NCBI RefSeq assembly: GCF_004010195.1 | Contig: NC_057719.1 | Coordinates: 91,173,247-91,193,246 of the forward strand | Direction: 5' to 3' | Length of the DNA stretch: 20,000 bases | From: Chiloscyllium plagiosum | Lineage: Eukaryota | In this document: positions 11,433 through 20,000 of the stretch, in pieces | How positions within the stretch are numbered: the stretch's first letter is position 1 | Layout of the letters: every line of letters starts with the position of its first letter | Notes under the pieces: model-generated | Told to the model about the DNA's origin: nothing | Databases searched by the model: none | The model's input: only the letters and a program-made list of their open reading frames with translations | Program-made: the position numbers and the translations under genes

Positions 11433-12439
11433 CTAAGTTAAAAGAGTAAAATAATGGGTCAGATACAGGGGCTCTGGGATAGTAACAGAGAAAATAATAA
11501 GTGGCAGTGATGAGAAGCAAGGATCTTAACTTAAGTTTCAGAACTCCTTGCAGTAAAGCTCAAGAGAATTTTGGTCTTTCCAAAGTGAGAATCCCACTGG
11601 GAAATCAGTGTTAATGGTAACGTAGAATTTCAGCTTTGCTGAAACCAAGATGACCAACATGTGGCACTTTGAAGGATCATAAATGAACCATAAGTTTACT
11701 GAATAGATGTAAATGGTCAACAACAAATAGTCTATATTGCCTCTGAAGAGTTTACAGACATGGTTTTGAATTCAGCCATATTTTCAAATACTACAAAAAG
11801 AATCTGTAAACTTACCAAACCCTTAACTACAAAATCAAAACAACCCAGATAGATTTAAAACTACTGATAACTGGGAAGAAAACAGTGAAAGGGGTTTGTT
11901 GAATTTTGGTTTACATCCTTCTATAGCACTGTATCACATTCAATATTTCACAGGCATACTTTATTTGGATGCGAGTGCAAGTTATTTTGTGAAACAGATC
12001 CTCCCAGCTATGGAGGAGCAGACATTTACTTATAAGCTTTATCATCACACCACTGCAGTAACAAAGCATAATTTTGAAAATATCTTAATTATTGCTAATA
12101 AGTCAATTCTGTTACATAGCAGGGTTTTGACAAACTGGTTAAGTTGTAAGAGCTTGGCCAGTCATGCTAAGCTGTGGAAAAATCATGGTTTTTTTTGGAT
12201 ATTGCCACCTTGAAGATTGTCCATCATTTTATCACTCCATAACCTGCCTCCTGTAAAGACAGAGGATCTGTGCAACAGCCTAATTCTTTTCCATGATTTT
12301 AAAGATAAGTCTTCATAAAACCACGCAGTGGCCAAATAAAAATGAAATTTCTGCACCAGGTGTACAGGGTGCAGTTAGCAGAATTATTCAGATGCTACAA
12401 AAAAGATAGATTAACTTATCTTCTTAATCAGTTAGGTGC

Positions 12440-13271
12440 CCTAGACTTTCAGTGAGAAACAGTCCAAAACAAGGGGGCAGAAGAACAGAGCGATAAAAAG
12501 ACAGGACTGCAAGAGTGAACAGGTAGGAGCATGAGGGAGAGCGGCAGCGTTTTTTGGCAAACCTGCAAACTGAGTAAAGTGGGCTCTTTTTCATTACATG
12601 TTTTACTCAGATCTTCTCTTGATTAAAACTTAAAAACATAAACATAAAGGATGGAACAGTGTTTTGAAGAGCAGTAAAACTGTGCTATTTTCCGGATCTA
12701 TAGATCGTTAAAATGCAAAGATAGCCTTTAATAGAGTGATGTGCTCTTCTTGTCAGATGTGAGAGATTAGGGAGCGATTCCATGTTACTGATGATTATAT
12801 CTGCAGTAAGTGTGCTTGCATGTGAATCCCATCAGATTGCATGAACCGGTTGGAGCGGCAGTTCGAGACAATGAGGAATATACAGGAACTAGGGGGTGTG
12901 ATGGATGGCAGTTATTGGAAAGGAGAAAACCACAGATACAGTCAGGTAGATGAGTTAGCTCTGGGAAAGGTAGGAAGGGGAGGCAGGTATTGCTGGAATC
13001 CCCTGTGGCTCCACTCATCTCAAACAACAATGCTGTTTTGGAAAATGTAGGGGGTGATGGACTCTCAGGGGAATGCAGCATGAACAGCCAAGTTTCTGGT
13101 ACTGACGCTGGCTCTCATGTAACGAGAGGTACATCAGGTACCAAGCGATTGATTGCGATAAGGGACTGTCCAGTCAGAGGCAGAGGCAGAGGCACAGACA
13201 GACCTTTCTGAGGCAGAAAGTGTGAAATCAGAATGGTGTGCTGCCTCCCTATTGCCAGCATCAAGGATATC
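12440..13271 (+). mobile_element. CR1 LINE 5' portion: putative 5' UTR plus ORF1 (zinc finger and start of SGNH esterase), pseudogenised
   Basis: MCSSCQM*E at 12739 and DYICSKC at 12793 form a CxxC...CxxC pair. These are followed by a decayed IGDS box (IAIRDCPVRG) and MVCCLP..IKDI. The 5' boundary is uncertain. Confidence 0.8.
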
Positions 13272-13806
13272 CAGAGTATTGAGTACAGGAGTTGGGAGGG
13301 CATGTTGCGGCTGTACAGTACACTGGTTAGGCCACCGTTGGAATATTGCGTGCAATTCTGGTCTCCTTTCTATCGGAAAGATATTATGAAACTTGAAAGG
13401 GTTCAGAAAAGATTTACAAGGATGTTGCCAGGGTTGGAGGATCTGAGCTACAGGGAGAGGCTGAACAGGCTGGGGCTCTTTTCCCTGGAGCGTCGGAGGC
13501 TGAGGGGTGACCTTATAGAGGTTTACAAAATTATGAGAGGCATGGATAGGATAAATAGGCAAAGCCTTTTCCCTGGGGCAACTTTTTCATGCAGAGGGTG
13601 GTACGTGTATGGAATGAGCTGCCAGAGGATGTGGAGGAGGCTGGTAACATTTAAGAGGCATTTGGATGGGTATATGAATAGGAAGGGTTTGGAGTGATAT
13701 GGGTCGGGTGCTGGCAGGTGGGACTAGATTGGGTTGGGATATCTGGTCAGCATGGACAGGTTGGACCGAAGGGTCTGTTTCCATGCTGTACATCTCTATG
13801 ACTCTA
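13272..13806 (+). mobile_element. HER1/CR1 LINE 3' end with a 70-bp internal deletion
   Basis: QSIEYRSW...LYSTLVRPPLEYCVQFWSP...LERVQKRFTRMLPGL...RRLRGDLIEVYKIM, then a 3' UTR ending ctctatgactcta. Confidence 0.93.
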
Positions 13807-14355
13807 AGTATACTCCTACTGCCTTTATACTCTAAGGATTCACTTGATCTCTGCTGTCTATACCTGACATATGCTTCCTTCGTTTTAACCAGAACCTCAA
13901 TTTCTCTAGTCATCCAGCATTCCTTACACCCACCAGCCTTTCCTTTCACCCTAACAGGAACATAGTGTCTCTGGACTCTCATCAGCTAAATTTTGAAGGC
14001 TTCCCATTTTCCAGCCGTCTCTTTACGCACTATATCCATCCCCCCAATCAATGTTTGTAAGTTCTTGCCTATCATCATCAAAACTGGTCTTCCTCCAATT
14101 TAGAACTTGAACTTTTAGATCCTGTCTATCCTTTACCATCACTATTTTAAAACTAATAGAATTATGGTTGCTGACCCCAAAGTGCTCCCCCAATGACACC
14201 TCAGTCACCTGCCCTGCGTTATTTCCCAAAAATAGGTCAAGATTTGCACCTTCTCTAGGAGGTACATCCACATATTGAATCAGAAAATTTTCTTGTACAC
14301 ACTTAACAAATTCCTCTCTATCTGAACCCTTAACACCATGGCAATCCTAGTCTAT
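13807..14355 (-). mobile_element. CR1 ORF2 fragment (APE endonuclease C-terminal half plus tether)
   Basis: Reads PREGANLDLFLGN..GQVTEVSLGEHFGVSNHNSISF (the SDH motif region), then HYVPVRVKG...WMTREIE. Confidence 0.88.
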
Positions 14356-16688
14356 GTTGGACTATTTAGTGTCATGCGCAAATTTACTAACCCATCCTTC
14401 TACGTCCTCATCCAGGTCATTTATAAAAATGACAAACAGCAGTGGCCACAGAACAGATCCTTGCACTACAACACTGGTAACTGAACTCCAGGATGAACAT
14501 TTCCCATCAACAACTACCCTCTGTCTTCTTTCAGCTAGCCAATTTCTGATCCAAACAGCTAAATCACCCTCAATCCCATGCCTCCGTATTTTGTGCAATA
14601 GCCTACTGTGGGGAACCTAATCAAACGCCTTACTGAAATCCATATACACCACATCAACTGCTTTACCCTCATCCACCTGTTTGGTCACCTTCTCAAATAA
14701 CTCAACAGATTTGTGTGGCACGACCTATCTTTCACAAAACAGTGTTGACTATCCCTAATCAACTTATTCCTTTCTAGATTATTATAAATCCTATCATCCT
14801 TTCCAATACTTTACCCACCACTGAAGCAAGGCACACTGGTCTATAATTACCAGAGTTGTCTCTACTCCCTTCTTGAACAAGGGAACAACATTTGCTATCC
14901 TCCAGTGTTCTGGCACTATTCCTTAGACAATGATGACAAAGATCAAAGCCAAAGGCTCTGCAATCTGCTCCCTGGCTTCTCAGAGAATCCTAGGATAAAT
15001 CCCATCCAGCCCAGGGGACTTATCTACTTTCACACTTTCCAGAATTGTTAACACCTCCTCCTCATGAATCTCATCTGGTCTAATAGCCTGTATCTTAGCA
15101 TTCTCCTCAACAACATTATCTTTTTCCAGTGTGAATACAGATAAAAAAAATTCATTTCGTGCCTCTTCAATCACTTGGGACTCTATACACAACTTCCCAT
15201 TACTGTCCTTGACAGACCCTAATCTTACCCTAGTCCTTCTTTTATTCCTGACATAGCTATGGAAAGCTTTAGGTTTTCCTTGATCCTATCGGCCAAAGAC
15301 TTCACATGTCTTCTCCTGGCTCTTCTTAGCTCTCTCTTTAGGTCTTTCCAAGCTAACTTGTAATTTGTAACGCTCAAGCGCCCTAACTGAGCCTTCATGT
15401 CTCATCCTAACATAAGCCTCCTTCTTCCTCTTGACGAGAGATTCAACTTTTTTAGTAAACCATGGCTCTCTTGCTCAACCACTTCCTGCCTGACAGATAC
15501 TTAGTTATCAAGGACATGCAGTAGCTACTCCTTGAAGAAACTCCATATTTCAATTGCGCCCATCCCCTGAAGTTTCCTTTCCCTTCCGATGCATTCTAAA
15601 TCTTGCCTAATCGCATCACAATTTCCTTTCCCGCAGCTATAACTCTTGCCCCAAGGTATATACTTTCCATTGTTAAAGTAAACACAACCGAATTGTGGTC
15701 ACCATCACCAAAGTGCTCAACTACTTCCAAATCTAACACCTGGCCCGGTTCATTACCAGTACCAAATCCAAAGTGGCCTCGCCTCCTGTTGGCCTGTCTA
15801 CATACTGTGTCAGGAAACCCTCCTGCACATTTGGATAAAAACTGACCCAGATAAAGTACTCAAATGATAGCCTCTCCAGTCAATATTTGGAAAGTTAAAG
15901 TAGTGCATGACAACTATCCTGTTATTGTCACTCCTATCCAGAATCATCTTTGCAATCCTTTCCTCTACATCTCTGGAACTTTTCAGAGGCATATAAAAAT
16001 CTTTCCTTTCCTGTTTCTAATCTTAGCCTATACCACATCAGTAGATGAGTCCTCATCAGACATCCTTATTGCCACTGTAATACTGTCCTTGACTAACAAT
16101 ACCACACCTTCCCCTCTTTTACCACCTTCCCTGCTCTTATTGAAACAGTGAAATCCCAGAACTTGCAACAACCATTCTTGTCCCTGCTCTATCCATGTCT
16201 CCAAAATGACCACCACATCAAAGTCCCAGGTACCAATCCATGCTGCAAGTTCACCCACCTTATCCTGGATGCTCCTGGCATTGAATTAGACACATTTCAA
16301 ACCACATTCCTGCTGCTGCTACACTCTGCGATCTTGAAACTTTATTTATGACCTCACTACTCAACCTCCTGGACACAGGAGCTATAATTCATGTTCCCAT
16401 GCCCCTGCTGAATTAGTGGTTCAGGTGTAGACCATCTTGTTTGTAGGGATCCCACCTACCCCAGAATGAGTCCTATTATCCAGGTATCTGAATCCCTCCT
16501 TCCTGCACCATACATGAAGCCACATGCTCAACTGCTCTCTCTCCCTATTCCTCACCTCGCTAGCACGTGGCATGGGTAACAAACTAGAGATAACAATTCT
16601 TTGTTCTAGATCTAAACTTCTACCAGAGCACCTTGAATTACTGCCTTACATCTCCATCCCTTTTCCTACGTACGTCGTCAGTGCCGTC
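14356..16688 (-). mobile_element. CR1 LINE internal fragment of a second subfamily: ORF1 end, endonuclease and RT up to FADD
   Basis: ELAAWIGTWDFDVVVILETW (endonuclease), [39 protein letters not shown]...VSKFAHDTK. Frameshifted, and lacking both ends. Confidence 0.92.
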
Positions 16689-17217
16689 GTTTGCTGGGCC
16701 CTGTGCTGAGATATTTGGATCACTGATAGTCACAGGTTAGGTGCCAGAAGACTGGAAGTTGGCTATGTGGTGTCACTATTTAAGAAAGGTGGTAAGGAAA
16801 AGCCAGGGAACTATAGACCAGTGAGCCTGACGTCAGTGGTGAACAAGTTGTTGAATGGAATCCAAGGGATAGGATTTACATGTATTTGGAAAGGCAAGGA
16901 CTGGATTGGTCTAGTCAACATGGCTTTGTGCATGGGTAATCATGTCTCAAACTTGAGTTTTTTGGAGTAGTAAAGAAGTGGGTTGATGAGGGCAGAGTGG
17001 TGGACGTGATCCACATGGATTTCAGTAAGGCTTTCAACAAGATTCCTCATGGTAGATTGAGTGGCAAGTTAGATCACACTGAAAACAGGGAGAACTAGTC
17101 ATTTGGATACAGAACTGGCTCAAAGGTTGAAGACAGAGGGTGGTGGTGGAGGGTTGCTTTTCAGACTGGAAATCTGTGACCAATGGTGTACCACAAGGAT
17201 TGGTGCTGGGTCTGCTA

Positions 17218-17337
17218 TTCGGATTATCCGGCAAGATCGCAAGGTCCTGATGCTTGGCTAAACTATGTTATCCAGCATTCGAAATACTGAACAAAATACT
17301 CTCTGCTCATGTCCTTCGGATATTCGAGGTTCCACTG
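17218..17337. mobile_element. One-ended Tc1/mariner (pogo/Tigger-like) MITE fragment nested in the CR1 RT
   Basis: About 120 bp of non-LINE sequence. The right end reverse-complements to TA|CAGTGGAACCTCGAATATCCGAA, a Tigger-like TIR with a TA target, and an internal TTCGGATTATCCG copy is present. The left TIR is absent. Confidence 0.65.
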
Positions 17338-17878
17338 TAGTCAGTAAGTTGCAGATGACACTAAAATTTGAGGTGTAGTGGACAGCAACGAAGGTTACCT
17401 CAGAGTACAATGGGACCTTGATCAGACGGGCTAATGGACCAAGGAATGGCAGATGGAGTTTAATTTAGATAAATGTGAGGTGCTGCATTTTGGAAAGGCA
17501 AATCAGGGCATATACACTTAATGGTAAAGACTTGGGGAGTACTGCTAAATAAAGAGACCTTGGAGTGCAGGTTCAGAGTTCCTTGAAAGTGAAATTGCAG
17601 GTAGATTGGATAGTGAAGATGACATTTGGTATGCTTTCCTTTATTGGTCAGAGCACTGAGTATAGGAGTTGAGAGGTCTTGTTGCTGGATAGGACATTGT
17701 TAGGCCACTTTTGGAATATTGCATGCAATTCTGGTCTCCCTCCTACTGGAAGGACATTGCAAAACTTGATTTACAAGGATGTTGCCAGGGTTTGAGCTAT
17801 TGGGAGAGGCTAAATAGGCTGGCATATTGGACGCTGAGGGGTGATCTTATAGAGGTTTATAAAATCATGAGTGGCAGG

Positions 17879-17948
17879 GATAGACTAAGTAGACAAGGTG
17901 TTTTCCTCTCATTGATAGACTAAGTAGACAAGGTGTTTTCCTCTCATT
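17879..17948. repeat. Perfect 35-bp tandem duplication
   Basis: gatagactaagtagacaaggtgttttcctctcatt occurs twice (17879-17913 and 17914-17948). Confidence 0.95.
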
Positions 17949-18612
17949 CCCCCAAAATTTGAGGGAATATGTTTAGAGTGAGAGGGGAAAGATGTAAAAG
18001 GATCTAAGGAGCAACTTTTCAACACAGAGGGTGGTGCATGAAAAGAATGACCTGCCAGAGGAGTGGAGGTGGCTGGTACAATTGCAACATTTAAAAGGCA
18101 TCTGGATGGGTAAATGAACTGGAAGGATTTAGAGGGATATGGGCCAAGTGCTGGCAAATGGGACTAGATTAGTTAAGGATATCTGGTCGACATGGACAAG
18201 TTGGACCGAGAGGTCAGTTTCCATGTTGCACACCTCTGTGACTATGAATGAGTAGATTTGTTTAGAGGTACTTGAGTAATCTTAGGAGGATGTTCCTAGT
18301 TCAACCTAGCAAACCTTAGCATTGAAACAGCCTGCAAAACTAAATTCAAAAGGGATAGAGTAACTAGTAATGGCCTGAAAGACCCAATTCTTTTTTAGGC
18401 TCACATTTTGTTCATTCTAGAGTAGGGAATCTAAGTGAGAATCGAAAGATTGTAATTAGAATACAGTTTGACCAATACTTATATCAATCTGCAACAGAAA
18501 ACGGACAAATACATGTCTTACGCTATTTGAAAAGCAAAAGGTGCAGCCACATCTCCCTACCTAATGATCCTCATAAACACACTATCACAATTGATAGAAG
18601 ACAGAAAAGTTT

Positions 18613-19784
18613 CAGATACAGTTAGGTAGATGGGTTAACTCTCGGAAAGCTAGGGGAGAGAGGCACATGGTGGTGGAGTCTCCCGTGCCTGTCCCCATCT
18701 GAAACAAGTGCGCTGTTTTGGAAAATGTAGGGAGTGATGGACTCTCAGGGGAATGTAGCACGAACAGCCAAATTTCTGGCACTGAGAATAGTCCCAATAT
18801 AATGAGGGGTACATCAGGTTCCAAGCGACCGATTGCGATAGGGGACTCTCTAGTCAGAGGTACAGACAGACATTTCTGCAGCCGGCAGCAAATGGTGTGA
18901 TGCCTCCTTGGTGCCAGGATCAAGGATATCTCCAAGAAAGTGCAGAATGTTTTCAAAGGGTAGAGGGATCAGCAGGAGGTTGTTGTACACATTGGAACTA
19001 ATTATATAGGAAAGGAAAAGGATGAGATTCTGAAGGGACAATACAGACAGTTAGGCAGAAATTTAAAAAGGAGATCCTTGAGAGAGCAATATCTGGATTA
19101 TTCCCAGTGCCACGAGGATAGGAATAGGAGGATAGAGCAGATGAACGCCTGGCTGAAGAGCTAGTGCAGGGGAGAAGGATTCACATTTTTAGACCATTGT
19201 AATCTCTTCTGAGGTAGACGTGACCTGTACAAGGAGGACAGAGTGCACCTGAATTGGAAGCTACTAATACACGGGCAGGGAGATTTGCTAGAGCTGCTAG
19301 GGAGGATTTAAAATAGTGGGGGGAAGAGAATGGGACCCAGTGAGATATTGATGAAAGAGATCAATCTGAGACTGCACCGTTGGGAAAAGGAGTGAGTCAA
19401 ACAGTCAGGGCAGGCAGGAACAAAGCAGAGAACAAGGTAGAACTGATAAATTAAACTGCATTTATTTCAACGCAAGAGGCCCAGAAGGGAAAGTGGTTGA
19501 ATTCAGGGCATAGTTAGCAACATGAGACTAGGATATCATAGCAATTACAGAAACATGGCTCAGGGATGGACAGGACTGGTAGCTTAATGTTCCAGGATAC
19601 AAATACTACTGGAAGAACAGAAAGGGTGGGTGGGGGGAAAGGGAGAACAGAGGAGGGGTGTGTGGCATTTTTGATAAGGGGTAGCTTACGGCTATACTTC
19701 AGGAGAATATGCCTGGGATTATATTCAGGGAAGTTATTTGGGTGGAACCGAAAAGTTAGAAAGGGATGATCACCTTATTGGGAT
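18613..19784 (+). mobile_element. CR1 LINE fragment: ORF1 SGNH esterase plus start of ORF2 endonuclease
   Basis: AIGDSLVRG (block I), VVVHIGTNYIG (block III), DRVHLNW (block V), then KLNCIYFNARG and IIAITETWL. Paralogous to 12933-13271. Confidence 0.9.
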
Positions 19785-20000
19785 TAGAACATAGAACATA
19801 GAACATAGAAGAATACAGCGCAGTACAGGCCCTTCGGCCCTCGATGTTGCGCCGATCCAAGCCCACCTAACCTACACTAGCCCACTATCCTCCATATGCC
19901 TATCCAATGCCCGCTTAAATGCCCATAATGAGGGAGAGTCCACCACTGCTACTGGCAGGGCATTACATGAACTCACGACTCACTGAGTAAAGAACCTACC
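19785..20000 (-). mobile_element. Young CR1 LINE 3' end with a 7-bp repeat tail, running off the window
   Basis: (TAGAACA)3 tail on the plus strand, a CpG-retaining 3' UTR hairpin region (aggcccttcggccc) and an ORF2 C-terminus. It is inserted into the endonuclease of the older copy. Confidence 0.9.

Larger units (their letters stand above)
16689..18247 (+). mobile_element. CR1/HER1 LINE: RT through 3' end, pseudogenised
   Basis: LFKKGGKEKPGNYRPVSLTSVV, MDFSKAF, GVPQGLVLG, ADDTKI, EYCMQFWSP, RGDLIEVYKIM, then a 3' UTR ending ctctgtgactatga. Confidence 0.92.

Noticed and set aside
13134..13562. 142-aa minus-strand ORF
   Set aside because: It is the antisense shadow of the LINE ORF2 3' fragment.
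12440..20000. Novel RT plus nuclease plus esterase system (retron- or defence-like)
   Set aside because: All domains are standard CR1 LINE ORF1/ORF2 parts, broken by stops and frameshifts and lying on mixed strands.

Overview
Eukaryotic genomic DNA, very probably from a cartilaginous fish (shark), judging by the HE1-type SINE and HER1/CR1-type LINE relics. It is part of a minus-strand tau-tubulin kinase gene, best matching TTBK2. Two consecutive coding exons lie at 11396-11239 and 2561-2330. Both have canonical AG/GT sites and compatible phases, and they encode the end of the kinase domain and the adjoining linker. The rest is intron, about half recognisably transposon-derived: a 7.5-kb CR1 pile-up (about 12440-20000), other CR1/L2 relics, two solo LTRs, two tRNA-derived SINEs, a hAT MITE, a Tigger-like end, a Penelope-like terminus with a hammerhead-ribozyme-like core, and an old minisatellite. 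I see no operon, CRISPR array or intact novel protein-coding system. The best leads are hypotheses about elements acting on the host pre-mRNA: a sense-oriented solo LTR and exon read-through that could truncate TTBK2, inverted LINE copies bracketing one exon, and the hammerhead-like motif. All family names come from remembered consensus sequences, not a search.
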